Shown here piece after piece: positions 38,606-48,501 of a stretch of DNA of 64,000 bases. The notes under the pieces were generated by a model. The model was given only the letters and a program-made list of their open reading frames with translations, was not told the origin of the DNA and made no database searches. Source of the stretch: an uncultured Actinomycetes bacterium (GTDB lineage: Bacteria; Actinomycetota; Acidimicrobiia; Acidimicrobiales; AC-9); NCBI GenBank assembly GCA_963717645.1, contig CAVQWQ010000034.1, forward strand, positions 256,232 through 320,231. The letters are read 5' to 3'. The first letter of the stretch is position 1, and the number at the start of each line of letters is the position of its first letter. Both the position numbers and the translations under genes were made by a program.

Positions 38606-39844
38606 ATGGGCCCCATGCGCGCCCTAGACGAGGCTCCGTTCCTGGATCCCTTCACCGAGGAGTTCCAGGCCGACCCGCTGCCCATCATCGACCGGCTTCG
38701 AGCGCAGTCGTGGCTGGCCCGTACCCCTATCAGCGCCCTGGTGCTGGGCCGCGAGCAGGTCCACAAGCTGTTGTCCGACCCACGGCTGCAGAGTGCGCTG
38801 CTGCAGCTGACCCGACTCCAGGGGGTCGACGAGGGCCGCCTCTACGACCTGGTCTCCTCGGCCCTGCTCTCCTTGGACGGCGCCGACCATGCGCGGATCC
38901 GCGCCCTGGTGAGCCGGGCGTTCACACCCCGTGCCGTCGAGCCCTACCGGCCTGCCATGCGCGCCCTGGCCGAGGTGCTCGTCGAGCGTTTCGTCGGGAC
39001 GGGGGAGTGCGAGTTCATGGCGGACTTCGCCGACCACTACCCGATCGAGGTCATGTGCCAGCTCCTGGGGGTGCCGCCCGAGGACCACCTGCGCTTCGCC
39101 CGGTGGGGCGACGCCCTGACCCATGTGCTCTCGCTCGAGCTCGGCCTGCACCTCGACGAGGTCAACGAGGCCGTGGCCGGCCTCAACGAGTACCTCGACA
39201 GGCTGATCGGCGACCGCCAGCGCTCGCCCCGTGGGGACCTGGTGAGCCAGCTCATCGCCGCCGGCGACGACGGCGACCGGCTCAACCCGCTCGAGCTGCG
39301 GGCGCTGCTCGGCGGGCTCTTGTTCGCCGGCTACGACACCACGCGCAACCAGCTGGCGCTGGCCATGACGCTGTTCTGCGAGCACCCCGATCAGTGGCAG
39401 CTGGTGGCCGACCAGCCCGAGATCGCCGCACCAGCCGTCGAAGAGGTCATGCGCGTCGCCGGTGTCATCACCGTCACGCCCCGGGTGGCAGTGGAGGACA
39501 TCGAGCTGGACGGCTGGCGCATACCGGCGTGGTCGCTGGTGTCGTTGTCGCTGTCGGCTGCCAACCACGACCCCGCTGCCTTCGACGAACCCCACGGCTT
39601 CGACATCACGGCTCGGCGCGAACCGCAGCTGACCTTCGGCGGTGGCCCTCACTTCTGCCTGGGGGCGAACCTGGCGCGGGCCGAGATGCAGGAGGCCCTT
39701 CCGGTGCTGGCCCGGCGGCTGGGCCCGATCGCCCTGTCCGCTGCGCCACGGTGGCGCTCCACGACCGGGATCTTCGGGCCGGCCGCCCTGGCCCTGCGGT
39801 TCTCGCCGGCCGGCGCCGAGGGCCGGCTGGCCAGTCGCTCCTGA
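38606..39844 (+). CDS. Cytochrome P450
   Basis: FGGGPHFCLGANLARAEMQ heme loop, LLFAGYDTTR I-helix and an EVMR K-helix. Confidence 0.8.
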   Translation: MGPMRALDEAPFLDPFTEEFQADPLPIIDRLRAQSWLARTPISALVLGREQVHKLLSDPRLQSALLQLTRLQGVDEGRLYDLVSSALLSLDGADHARIRALVSRAFTPRAVEPYRPAMRALAEVLVERFVGTGECEFMADFADHYPIEVMCQLLGVPPEDHLRFARWGDALTHVLSLELGLHLDEVNEAVAGLNEYLDRLIGDRQRSPRGDLVSQLIAAGDDGDRLNPLELRALLGGLLFAGYDTTRNQLALAMTLFCEHPDQWQLVADQPEIAAPAVEEVMRVAGVITVTPRVAVEDIELDGWRIPAWSLVSLSLSAANHDPAAFDEPHGFDITARREPQLTFGGGPHFCLGANLARAEMQEALPVLARRLGPIALSAAPRWRSTTGIFGPAALALRFSPAGAEGRLASRS

Positions 39845-39873
39845 GTCAGGTGCGATGGTGGCGCCGGCGCTCC

Positions 39874-40878
39874 TCAGCCGTCGGGCGGGAGGCCAGTGGC
39901 CCGGGCGATCGGGAAGAACCGGTGGTGGTGGGCCCCCGTGACCTCGTAGATGGCGGTCCCGGTCGATCCGTCACTCGTACGGACCTCCATCTCGTTCAGG
40001 CCGCCGCCGAGGGGGCCGTAGCGCTGTGCCCAGCGCCCCTGCGCGTCGATCCCGATGGTTCCGCCCCCTTCCAGGACGAGGTCGACATGGCCGGACAGCC
40101 CGGCGACGTCGTCGCCGTCGCGTCCGTACTCGACCTGCCGGCCGCGCTCGTCCACCCAGCGCAGGTCGTGACGAAACTCGACCACGGGGACAGGCGTCCC
40201 CCCGCCCACGGGGGCGAGGCAGCCGTCGGTGTACACCCGGGCGCCGTTTGGGTACTCCCAGTGCCAGACGGCGATCATGGCGTCGGGTAGCTGGATGGCC
40301 AGCCACATCCACAACGGGCAGCGGGCGTGGTCGCGGATGCCCCACGAATGGTCCCGTTGACCCCACCAGTCCCGAACCTCGTAGCTCTGTCCCGCGTGCC
40401 GGTAGACGCCGTTGTAGGTACCCGACTGGACGAAATGGCTCTGGTCCCACACGATCTCGTGCCCGGCTCTCATCGTTCCACGGCGAAGGCCGTGGGCTCC
40501 GGTGCGGGCGGTGAACACGACGTCGAGAGCGACGGCTGCCTCCGGAGTGTCGTCCACCCGCAGGCGTACGGCCTCGAAGGGCTCGGCGATGTCGATCGTC
40601 ACGGGCCCGACGACCATCGAGTGTGGGTCGCCGTCGTAGCCGCGTTGATGATGGGCGAGGGCCGGACTGCCGCCCACCCGTCCGAGCTGAAGAGAGTCCA
40701 CGAGCTGGCGCGCAGGGAAGTGGGCTAGGGTGAGGATGATGACGTCGCCGCGGCCGGAGGGAGGGTGGAGGACGAAGAAGAGGCTTTCCCGCCAGTGCTC
40801 GTGAAAGGTGACGACATTGGGAAGCGGCTCTGGGATCTGATGGACGAACTGCTCGTCCATCGGGGTGAGGCGGGGCAT
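39874..40878 (-). CDS. Hypothetical protein (Trp/His-rich, possibly lipocalin/AttH-CrtC-like); not confidently assigned
   Basis: Clean 334-aa ORF with non-repetitive composition. No motif recognised. Confidence 0.45.
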   Translation of the reverse strand: MPRLTPMDEQFVHQIPEPLPNVVTFHEHWRESLFFVLHPPSGRGDVIILTLAHFPARQLVDSLQLGRVGGSPALAHHQRGYDGDPHSMVVGPVTIDIAEPFEAVRLRVDDTPEAAVALDVVFTARTGAHGLRRGTMRAGHEIVWDQSHFVQSGTYNGVYRHAGQSYEVRDWWGQRDHSWGIRDHARCPLWMWLAIQLPDAMIAVWHWEYPNGARVYTDGCLAPVGGGTPVPVVEFRHDLRWVDERGRQVEYGRDGDDVAGLSGHVDLVLEGGGTIGIDAQGRWAQRYGPLGGGLNEMEVRTSDGSTGTAIYEVTGAHHHRFFPIARATGLPPDG

Positions 40879-40924
40879 TGGGGATGACCTCTCGTGTGTC
40901 GATGTCGGTCGATGTGGGTCGATG

Positions 40925-41995
40925 TCAGCCGATCAGCTGCTCGGCCTCGAGGTCGATGGCGTGGCGACCGTGGCGCTGGGCCATGGTGACGAACATGTCG
41001 TCGCCCCGATCGGTCTGCTCGACCAGCATGGAGGCGGCGACGGCCATGATCAGCCCGCCGAACGCGTAGCGCCGGTACTGGGTCCAGCAGTCGCTCCAGC
41101 CGAGGCTCTCCACCCCGGCCGCCCGTAGCGCCCCGTGGTAGGCGCGGACGAGCTCGTCCTCGTGGGCGCGCCGAGTCTCGGGGACCAGACCGGCGCCGAG
41201 GAAGTAGCTCAGGTCGCCGATGCCGGGGCCGTGGGTGACGGTCTGCCAGTCGACCACAACCACCGGCGGCCCCGCCGCATCGGCGCCGAACAGAAGGTTG
41301 TCGAGTCGGAAGTCGCCGTGGGCGACCGTCCACGGCCCTCGGCGATCGCCGAGATAGCTCGGAAGCCTCGCCATGAGCCGCTCACCCAGGGCCATGATGT
41401 CGGCGTCGACGCGCCCGGCGTAGCGGTCGCAGAACCCGCCGAACAAGGCGGTCACCAGCTGGCTGGTGAAGGCCACGGCCTCCTCGGGACTGCGGTGGAG
41501 CCAGTCGACCCCGGCCAGGCCCGGATCACCCCACCGGGGCGCGTGAAGCCGGGGGAGCTCCTCCACGGCCACCGCCGCCTGGTCGACGCTGCAGCCCGCC
41601 AGCTGGTCGCCTTGACGCGCCGGGGCGACGTCTTCCAACAGGAGCACGAAATCCGTTCCCGTAGGGTCGAGGTGGGCGTGGTAGCAGCGGGGCGCGCGCA
41701 CGGGAAGCTGCGGCGCCAGCTGGCGGTAGAAGCTCACCTCGATCTCGTAGTTGCGCAACGCCGCTGCTGTCGCCCGGCTGGTGGGGTCGGCGGCGGGGAG
41801 CTTGGCGATCAGCGACAATGGCGCAGCCGTCGGGCCGTCGTAGGTCGGCGTCAGGCGCACGCAGTCGCTCATCTGCCCCGTGCCCACGGGGGCGCAGGCG
41901 ACCGAGCGGACGCGGATGTCGCCGAGCAGGGGCGACAGGGCGTCGGTGAGCCATTGCGGGGTGAGCGCGTCAGCGCTGGTCCAGGTCCCGGTCAC
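40925..41995 (-). CDS. Phosphotransferase-enzyme family (APH/choline-kinase-like) protein
   Basis: VAHGDFRLDNLLF (HGDxxxxN catalytic loop) and IGDLSYF (DxxYF). Confidence 0.75.
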   Translation of the reverse strand: MTGTWTSADALTPQWLTDALSPLLGDIRVRSVACAPVGTGQMSDCVRLTPTYDGPTAAPLSLIAKLPAADPTSRATAAALRNYEIEVSFYRQLAPQLPVRAPRCYHAHLDPTGTDFVLLLEDVAPARQGDQLAGCSVDQAAVAVEELPRLHAPRWGDPGLAGVDWLHRSPEEAVAFTSQLVTALFGGFCDRYAGRVDADIMALGERLMARLPSYLGDRRGPWTVAHGDFRLDNLLFGADAAGPPVVVVDWQTVTHGPGIGDLSYFLGAGLVPETRRAHEDELVRAYHGALRAAGVESLGWSDCWTQYRRYAFGGLIMAVAASMLVEQTDRGDDMFVTMAQRHGRHAIDLEAEQLIG

Positions 41996-42012
41996 GGGAT
42001 CGCGGGAGTCGC

Positions 42013-43383
42013 TCAGCGAGCGGTCTTGTCAGTCGCCGCCCTGTCGGCCGCTGCCTTCCCGGCCCCTGCCTTGTCGGCCGCTGCCTTCCCGGCCGCTGCC
42101 TTCCCGGCCGCTGCCTTCCCGGCCCCTGCCTTGTCGGCCGCTGCCTTGTCCGGGCCCGAATCGACCGCTCGCTCGACCGCCGGCCTTTCCTCGACCGCGG
42201 GTCGTGCCTCGGCGGCCTGGCCGTTGTCGCCCGGCCCCTCCACACCGAGGCCCTGGCGCAGCCCCTGGAAGAGGGTGAATCCCTGGCCCACCACCTGTCC
42301 GACCAGGTCGGCGAGGCCCTCGCCCCCGTTGAGGACGGTGAGGTTGGCGCCCGTCAGGCTCCTCGTGGCGGCGGCGACGATCTCGGGGAGGTGCTCGGCC
42401 AGCTGCTGGGTCACCAGGGCCTGCTGGTTGGCCTTGAGGGCGTCCGACCGCACCCGCAGCACCCCAGCCTCGCTCTCGCCCTTGACCTTGATGGCTTGCC
42501 CCTCGGCCTCGGCCTCGAGCACCCGGGCCTCCTTGGCCGACTTGGCCAGCGTCACCTGCCGGTAGGCCTCGGCGTCGGCCGGCCGGTTCACCGTGCTTTG
42601 GAGGCGCTGCTCCTCCCGCTGGGCCTCCAGCTTGGCCACCGCCGTCTCCGTCTGCACGACCTGCTGCTTGGCCTCCGCCTCGGCCAGGGGTCCGGCCTGG
42701 CCGGCCTGGGCCGCCGCACGGTCCACCTCGGCCTGGTAGCCGGCCTGCTTGATCTGGGACGCCCGCACGGCCTCGGACTTCAGGGCGTTGGCCTCCTGCT
42801 CGCGCTCGGTGGCCTCGCGGTCGGCGGCGGCCTGGGCGATGCGGGCGTCCTTCTGGACGACGGCCGTGTGGGGAGCGGCGATGTTGGCGATGTAGCCGCT
42901 CGGGTCCTGGATCTCCTTGATCTGGAGGCTGTCGACGGTGAGTCCGAGCCGCTCGACCTCGATGTCAGAGGACTTGATCACCTCCTGGCGCAGCCGCTCG
43001 CGGTCGCGGATGATCTCCTCCACGGTGAGGCCGCCGACGATCGATCGCAGGTGGCCCCCGAAGACTTGTCCCACCATCTGCTCCATGCGGTTCTGCTGGT
43101 CGAGGAAGCGCCGGGCGGCGTTGGCGATGCTGGCCGGGTCGTCGGCGACCTTGAAGACGCACACGGCCTGGACGCGAAGGGGGATGCCCTGGGTCGTCAC
43201 GCAGTCCTCGCCGAGGATCGCCTCCCGAACGTCGAGGGAGAGCTTGCGAGCGACCTTGCGGAAGGGAAAGACCCACGCGCCATGGCCGACCACGACCTGG
43301 AAGTCGGGGCCCGCGGGATCGGGGTGCTTGGCTCCCGAGATGATCAGTGCTTCGTTCGGTGCGGGGATGCGCCAGAAGAACAT
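42013..43383 (-). CDS. Flotillin / SPFH (band-7) domain protein with C-terminal (AGKAA)n repeat tail
   Basis: SPFH core QGIPLRVQAVCVFKV...EIQDPSGYIANIA, then a long Ala/Glu/Gln-rich coiled coil and an AGKAAAGKAAAGKAAAD tail. Confidence 0.85.
   Translation of the reverse strand: MFFWRIPAPNEALIISGAKHPDPAGPDFQVVVGHGAWVFPFRKVARKLSLDVREAILGEDCVTTQGIPLRVQAVCVFKVADDPASIANAARRFLDQQNRMEQMVGQVFGGHLRSIVGGLTVEEIIRDRERLRQEVIKSSDIEVERLGLTVDSLQIKEIQDPSGYIANIAAPHTAVVQKDARIAQAAADREATEREQEANALKSEAVRASQIKQAGYQAEVDRAAAQAGQAGPLAEAEAKQQVVQTETAVAKLEAQREEQRLQSTVNRPADAEAYRQVTLAKSAKEARVLEAEAEGQAIKVKGESEAGVLRVRSDALKANQQALVTQQLAEHLPEIVAAATRSLTGANLTVLNGGEGLADLVGQVVGQGFTLFQGLRQGLGVEGPGDNGQAAEARPAVEERPAVERAVDSGPDKAAADKAGAGKAAAGKAAAGKAAADKAGAGKAAADRAATDKTAR
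42028..42147. repeat. 15-bp tandem repeat (about 8 units; GCTGCCTTCCCGGCC and variant CCTGCCTTGTCGGCC), coding for the flotillin C-terminal (AGKAA)n
   Basis: Directly visible periodic units in the sequence. Confidence 0.8.
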
Positions 43384-43608
43384 CTACTCTCCTTCGGTCC
43401 AGTAGGGGGTGACGAGGACCGAGCGGGGAGACAGCTGCTCCACGACGACCACCGTTCGTCCGGTGGCGATGCTCCTGGGCTCGGCGGGATAGGCGGTGAA
43501 CGCCTCGGCTCCGCCCCGCACCTCGATCAGCACCTCGCCGCCACCTTCGGGAGGGATGCTGCACGAGACCCGGCCGAGCTTGCCCTTCAGGGCTACGGCC
43601 TCAGCCAT
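43384..43608 (-). CDS. NfeD-like C-terminal (OB-fold) domain protein; flotillin partner
   Basis: GKLGRVSCSIPPEGGGEVLIEVRGGAEAFTAY. The stop abuts the flotillin start (TAGATG). Confidence 0.6.
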   Translation of the reverse strand: MAEAVALKGKLGRVSCSIPPEGGGEVLIEVRGGAEAFTAYPAEPRSIATGRTVVVVEQLSPRSVLVTPYWTEGE

Positions 43609-43714
43609 GGAGCCTCCCGATTCGCCTCGTCCGTGTGACGACTTCCAGGCGATCGTACCGGAGACCTGGCTGCTACCGGTTTCGCTGCCGGCGGCCCTTG
43701 CCTGGGCCCGAGCC

Positions 43715-44491
43715 TCAGCTCTCCGTCGAGGGCCGGGGGATATCGGACGGCTCGACGCGGCCGGGCGGCACCGGCTCCTTTTCGCGCTCCGGCACGAACA
43801 GATAGCCCCAGACGACGGCGGCGATGGCGCCGCCCACCAAGGGCGCCACGATGAAGAGCCACAGCTGACTGAGGGCGTCCCCGCCGACGATCAGCGCCGG
43901 ACCGAGGCTGCGCGCCGGGTTGACGGAGGTACCGGTGAGCGGGATGCCGACGAGGTGGACAGTGGCCAGGCCCATGCCGATTGCCAGGCCGGCAAAGCCA
44001 GCCGAGGTCAAGTGGCTGGTCGCGGCCAGCACGACGAGGGCGAAGAGGAACGTGAGGACGACTTCGGCGGCGAACGCTCCACCGACATTGAGGTGAATGA
44101 GCGAGTGCTTGCCCCAACCGTCGGTGCCCAGGCCCTGGTTGCCGGTGCTGTAGCCGGGGGATCCGGTGAAGATGCCCCAGAGGGCCAGCGCCCCGAGGAT
44201 GGCGCCGACGAACTGGGCGATCCAGTAGGCGATGCCCTCCTGGAGAGACATGCGCCGGGAGGTGACGAAGGCCATGGTCACCGCCGGGTTGACGTGGCAG
44301 CCCGAGATGGGTCCGATGGCGTAGACCAGGGCCAACAGGACCAGGCCGAAGGCCAGGGCCGTGGCCACCACGCCCGCCGAGGTGCTGCTCCCGGCGAACT
44401 TGAACCCGAGTGAGAGCGTTGCCACCCCGACGGCGAAGAAGACCAGGATCGCCGTGCCGAGCAGCTCGGCGACGAGCTTGCGCGTCTGCAT
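43715..44491 (-). CDS. Aquaporin (MIP family, AqpZ-like)
   Basis: Two NPA boxes, SGCHVNPAVT and GTSVNPARS, and six TM helices. Confidence 0.85.
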   Translation of the reverse strand: MQTRKLVAELLGTAILVFFAVGVATLSLGFKFAGSSTSAGVVATALAFGLVLLALVYAIGPISGCHVNPAVTMAFVTSRRMSLQEGIAYWIAQFVGAILGALALWGIFTGSPGYSTGNQGLGTDGWGKHSLIHLNVGGAFAAEVVLTFLFALVVLAATSHLTSAGFAGLAIGMGLATVHLVGIPLTGTSVNPARSLGPALIVGGDALSQLWLFIVAPLVGGAIAAVVWGYLFVPEREKEPVPPGRVEPSDIPRPSTES

Positions 44492-44582
44492 TTGACCACC
44501 ACCTGCTGCGTTGATGACCCGGCTAATGCTCGCGCACCGCCAGCCGCGAGGGAATGATCCCATCCACGAGCTGTGGGGAGAT

Positions 44583-44924
44583 CTAGACGGGGATGGCGAG
44601 GACGACCGCGGCCACGGCGATGGCCACGGTGCCGAGCGACATCACCTTGAACGCGACGGCGCGCGGCATCGGGTCGCCGGCGCCGCCCGCTCTCCGGCTG
44701 TAGATGCTCGCCCCTAGCATCCACATGGCGACTGCTGCCCCGAAGAGCACTGCACCGACGGGGTAGGCGACGCTCGGCAGGTCTCCCTGGGCGCCACGGC
44801 GCACCGCCAGGGCTCCGATCGCAGCCAGAGCCAGCGCCGACCTCGTCCACGCGAGCGCGGTCCGCTCGGTCGCCAGCCCCCGGTCGGGCTCGTCCGGCCG
44901 TCGACCAATGGCGTCGGTTCCCAT
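44583..44924 (-). CDS. DUF202 (YidH-like) membrane protein
   Basis: ERTALAWTRSALALAAIG. Confidence 0.55.
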   Translation of the reverse strand: MGTDAIGRRPDEPDRGLATERTALAWTRSALALAAIGALAVRRGAQGDLPSVAYPVGAVLFGAAVAMWMLGASIYSRRAGGAGDPMPRAVAFKVMSLGTVAIAVAAVVLAIPV

Positions 44925-45373
44925 CACTTGGCGATCAGGTCGGCGATGACGAGGATCCCGGCGGCCACGCCGATGACCGAGATCCCCACCGCCACGAGCT
45001 TGCCGACCGACGAGTAGGACAGCGGCAGGCGCAATCGAAGGCGGCGTTCGTTGCCCTCCCATTGGCGGTAGCTGGTGACGGCGGCCAGCGCGCCAAGGGC
45101 GATCAGCGGGAGGGCGATGATGAGGCGGACGCCGCCGAAACCGAAGTGCAGGAGCTGGGCCGCAGCCAGTCCGGCGGCGATGAGGGCGAGCGCGGTGCGG
45201 CTCCAGGCCAGGAAGGTGCGCTCGTTGGCGAATGTGAAGCGCGGATCGGGCGCCTCTCCGCACTCGGCGAGCGGCGTGGCCTGGTGCTCGCGCAACCGCT
45301 GCTCGACCTCGGCCGGCGAGGGCCGTCCCTCGCCTTCGGGTGCCGGCTGAGAGGCCGGACTCGGTCGTGCCAC
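44924..45373 (-). CDS. DUF202 (YidH-like) membrane protein, tandem paralogue
   Basis: ERTFLAWSRTALALIAAG. The stop overlaps the downstream start (GTGATGG). Confidence 0.55.
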   Translation of the reverse strand: MARPSPASQPAPEGEGRPSPAEVEQRLREHQATPLAECGEAPDPRFTFANERTFLAWSRTALALIAAGLAAAQLLHFGFGGVRLIIALPLIALGALAAVTSYRQWEGNERRLRLRLPLSYSSVGKLVAVGISVIGVAAGILVIADLIAK

Positions 45374-45400
45374 ATCTTCAACGGTAGACGGGCCAGCTGG

Positions 45401-45805
45401 GTGGCTCAGGGCACGCAGGGAAAGGCGGGTGTAGAATCAGATGGAGCAGGGAGGGGAGCCACGAGCACCGACGATAGAGCCACGCAGGGTGCACCGCCGC
45501 CCACGCCGGGAACGGCGCCGGCAGGGGCGACGCCGCGGCCCAAGGACAAGCGGGACGTAGGTGAGATCGTTCGGCTGATCGGCCTGGCCATCGTGGCCGG
45601 GCTGCTGATCGCCTTCATCGTCGAGAACAGCGGCACGGTCACCGTTCACTTCGTCTTCTTCACGGCCCACGTCTCGCTCATCTGGGCCCTGATCCTGGCC
45701 GCCGTGCTCGGGGCCCTGCTCGACCGTCTCGTCCCCGCGTACCGACGTCGCAGGCGAACGAAGCAGGCCAAGCAAGCCCAGAAGGTGCGACAAGGATCCG
45801 GCTAG
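45401..45805 (+). CDS. LapA-domain (DUF1049) small membrane protein; the start is uncertain
   Basis: IVRLIGLAIVAGLLIAFIVEN...TVHFVFFTAHVSLIWALILAAVLGALL followed by a basic tail. A GTGTAGAAT -10-like element lies at 45430. Confidence 0.4.
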   Translation: MAQGTQGKAGVESDGAGRGATSTDDRATQGAPPPTPGTAPAGATPRPKDKRDVGEIVRLIGLAIVAGLLIAFIVENSGTVTVHFVFFTAHVSLIWALILAAVLGALLDRLVPAYRRRRRTKQAKQAQKVRQGSG

Positions 45806-46230
45806 TGCGGGTCATCGGCAACATCCTCTGGTTGCTGTTGGGAGGGTTGGTCATGGCCGTCAGCTACGCCGTGGCCGGCCTGATCTGCTTCGTCCTGATC
45901 ATCACCATTCCCTTCGGCATCCAGGCCTTCAAGCTCGCCAGCTTCACGCTCTGGCCGTTCGGCTCGGCACTGGTGACGATTCCCGGCACCGTGCCGTCGG
46001 CCGTCGGCAACGTGCTGTGGTTCATCCTCTTCGGCTGGTGGCTCGCCCTCGCACACGTGATCTCCGGCGTGATCTGTGCGATCACGATCATCGGCATCCC
46101 GTTCGCCATCGCCCACTTCAGGCTCGCCGGTGCCGCCCTCTTCCCGTTCGGTCGGACCGTGGTGTCGTTCGAGGAGGCGAGGGCGATGGAGGGCGCCTAC
46201 GTCGTGCAGCCCTGGGGAGCGGCGCGGTAG
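45805..46230 (+). CDS. YccF-like (DUF307) inner-membrane protein with internal duplication
   Basis: Two repeats: NILWLLLGGLVMAVSYAVAGLICFVLIITIPFGIQAFKLA and NVLWFILFGWWLALAHVISGVICAITIIGIPFAIAHFRLA. Confidence 0.7.
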   Translation: MRVIGNILWLLLGGLVMAVSYAVAGLICFVLIITIPFGIQAFKLASFTLWPFGSALVTIPGTVPSAVGNVLWFILFGWWLALAHVISGVICAITIIGIPFAIAHFRLAGAALFPFGRTVVSFEEARAMEGAYVVQPWGAAR

Positions 46231-46316
46231 GCGTACCTGCCGTCAGCTCCCCGAACCGTGCCGATCGGCGCTAGACAGGGGACGAAGGTCTGCCGAGCCG
46301 ACGCTGGAGGAGAACA

Positions 46317-47591
46317 GTGGAATCGCGCCAAGTGCTGACGATCGACGATATCGACCTCTCTGACCTGGCCTTCTGGGCCCGGCCGCTCGACGAGCGGGAA
46401 GCGGCCTTCGAGGCCCTCCGCCGGCACCGACCGATCGCCCACTTCGACGATCCGGAGCCACCACCCGGCATCACCGTCCCTATTCCGCTGGACGGCTCGG
46501 GCTACTACGCCGTCACCCGCCACGCCGACGTCGTGGAGGCGAGCCGCGAGCCCTCGTCGTTCTGCTCGGGTCGGGGGGCCACGAGCATCTTCGACATGCC
46601 GACCGAGTTCCTCGAGTTCTTCGGCTCCATGATCAACCTCGACGATCCGCGCCACGCTCGCCTGCGGCGCATCGTGTCGGCCGCCTTCACTCCTCGGATG
46701 GTCAAGAAGATCGAGGACGAGGTGAAGCGGTCGGCGTCGCTCATCGTCGACGACGTGATCGAGAAGGGGACGTGCGACTTCGTGACCGAGGTGGCGGCGA
46801 AGCTGCCGCTGCGGATCATCTGCAACATGATGGGCGTGCCCGAGCCCGATCACGACTTCGTCTTTCACCACTCCAACGTCATCCTCGGCGGCATGGATCC
46901 CGAGTACGTTCCCGAGGGCAGCGACGTCGTCATGGCCCTGCTCACCGCGGGTCAGGAGCTCACCCAGCTCATGGAGGACCTGGCCCGGCAGCGGGCCGAG
47001 CGGCCCGGCGACGACGTCACCTCGGCCCTGGTCACGGCCAACGTCGATGGCGAGCAGCTGACCAACCAGGAGCTGGCCTCGTTCTTCATTCTCCTCGTCG
47101 TGGCGGGCAACGAGACCACCCGCAACGCCATCAGCCACGGGATGAGACTGCTTACCGACCATCCCGATCAGCAGGCGGCCTGGGCGGCGGACTTCGAGTC
47201 GCTGGCACCGACGGCGGTCGAGGAGATCGTCCGGATCGCCTCGCCGGTGATCTTCATGCGCCGGACGGCCACCAGGGACGTGACGCTGGGCGGCGTCGAT
47301 CTCGCCGAGGGGGCCAAGGTATTGCTGATGTACTGGTCGGCCAACCGCGACGAGGCGGTGTTCGAGGAGCCCTACCGCTTCGACATCCGCCGTCACCCCA
47401 ACCCCCACGTCGGTTTCGGCGGCCCAGGACCGCACTTCTGCCTGGGGGCCCATCTGGCCCGCCAGGAGATCACCGCGATGTTCCGCGAGCTTCTCGGCCG
47501 GGCACCCGGCATCCACACGACTGGAGATCCCGAGCGGCTGCTGTCCAACTTCATCAACGGCATCAAGCATCTGCCCGTCGCCGCCGCCTAG
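46317..47591 (+). CDS. Cytochrome P450 (CYP124/125/142-like), paralogue of the gene at 22850
   Basis: FGGPGPHFCLGAHLARQEITAMFRELL and AGNETTR. Long blocks identical to the 22850 protein. Confidence 0.85.
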   Translation: MESRQVLTIDDIDLSDLAFWARPLDEREAAFEALRRHRPIAHFDDPEPPPGITVPIPLDGSGYYAVTRHADVVEASREPSSFCSGRGATSIFDMPTEFLEFFGSMINLDDPRHARLRRIVSAAFTPRMVKKIEDEVKRSASLIVDDVIEKGTCDFVTEVAAKLPLRIICNMMGVPEPDHDFVFHHSNVILGGMDPEYVPEGSDVVMALLTAGQELTQLMEDLARQRAERPGDDVTSALVTANVDGEQLTNQELASFFILLVVAGNETTRNAISHGMRLLTDHPDQQAAWAADFESLAPTAVEEIVRIASPVIFMRRTATRDVTLGGVDLAEGAKVLLMYWSANRDEAVFEEPYRFDIRRHPNPHVGFGGPGPHFCLGAHLARQEITAMFRELLGRAPGIHTTGDPERLLSNFINGIKHLPVAAA

Positions 47592-47701
47592 CCCTGGGGG
47601 GTGCACGGCGACTGCAACGCCTCCGTGGCTTTCGGCGACGCTGATGGCAACGGCTGGTTGACGCAGGAGGTCCGAGCACCGCCGCGTGAGCGGCGTGAGC
47701 G

Positions 47702-48436
47702 TCAGCCGAGTGCCTCGGGGTCGAGGCCCAGATTCGCAGGGAGAGCCGCCCGCCCAGAGGCGTTGACCCGCACGACCCGGCGCTCGGTTCGTGACACCCA
47801 GCCGAGGGCGACGAAGCGCTCGAGCAGCGCCGCGCCGAGCCATCCGCTGATGTGGGGGCGCTGCTCGCTCCAGTCGACGCAGTAACGGACGAGCGGGCGG
47901 CGCGTCGGGGGATCGAGGGGGACCTCGAGGCGGCCGAGGACGTCGCGGCCGTGCGGTGTCAGCACGAACCGCTTCGCTCGTCCGGCGCCGAGAACCGGGT
48001 CACCAGGACCATCCGGGTCGGTCTCGACCCGCAGGACACTCCGGGAGACCAGCGCGTCGCAGAGCGCCACGCCGAGGCGGCCGGCGAGGTGGTCGTAGCA
48101 GGTGCGGGCCCGCCGGATCGCCTCGGCGTGGGTGGCCTGGCGCAGCGAGCGGACCGGCTGAGCCGGCGCGATCCGGGCGAGCGCCTCCACGGCCTCGGCG
48201 ACCTCGGCGCTTCCAAGGCGGTAGTAGCGGTGTCGGCCTGAGGTCTCGACCGTGACGAGGCCCCCGTCGACCAGGCGGCCCAGATGGCCGGAGAGGGTGG
48301 AGGGGGCGACCCCGGCCTCCGCCGCCAGGGTGCTCGCGGCCAGGGCGCGCCCACTGGCAAGAGCCAGGAGGACGGTGGCCCGAGGCGGCTCGCCCATGAG
48401 GGCGGCCACCCTTGCGATGTCGGCGTCGCCTGGCAT
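47702..48436 (-). CDS. ArsR/SmtB-type winged-helix regulator with ~150-aa C-terminal extension
   Basis: RATVLLALASGRALAASTLAAEAGVAPSTLSGHLGRLVDGGLVTVE. Confidence 0.6.
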   Translation of the reverse strand: MPGDADIARVAALMGEPPRATVLLALASGRALAASTLAAEAGVAPSTLSGHLGRLVDGGLVTVETSGRHRYYRLGSAEVAEAVEALARIAPAQPVRSLRQATHAEAIRRARTCYDHLAGRLGVALCDALVSRSVLRVETDPDGPGDPVLGAGRAKRFVLTPHGRDVLGRLEVPLDPPTRRPLVRYCVDWSEQRPHISGWLGAALLERFVALGWVSRTERRVVRVNASGRAALPANLGLDPEALG

Positions 48437-48501
48437 CGCACCGAGCCTACGTCCGTGACACTTCGGGGCAGACCGAAACGTTGAGTGGTCAGTCTGGGCC
48501 C

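Noticed and set aside
37462-40290. Long Arg/Pro/Gly-rich ORFs (434 aa minus, 617 aa plus)
   Set aside because: Overlap the K+ channel and P450 genes in other frames. Composition typical of spurious high-GC ORFs.
42028-42147. 15-bp tandem repeat as a possible CRISPR or mini-satellite element
   Set aside because: The units are contiguous with no spacers, lie in frame inside the flotillin gene and encode (AGKAA)n. It is a coding tandem repeat, not a CRISPR array.
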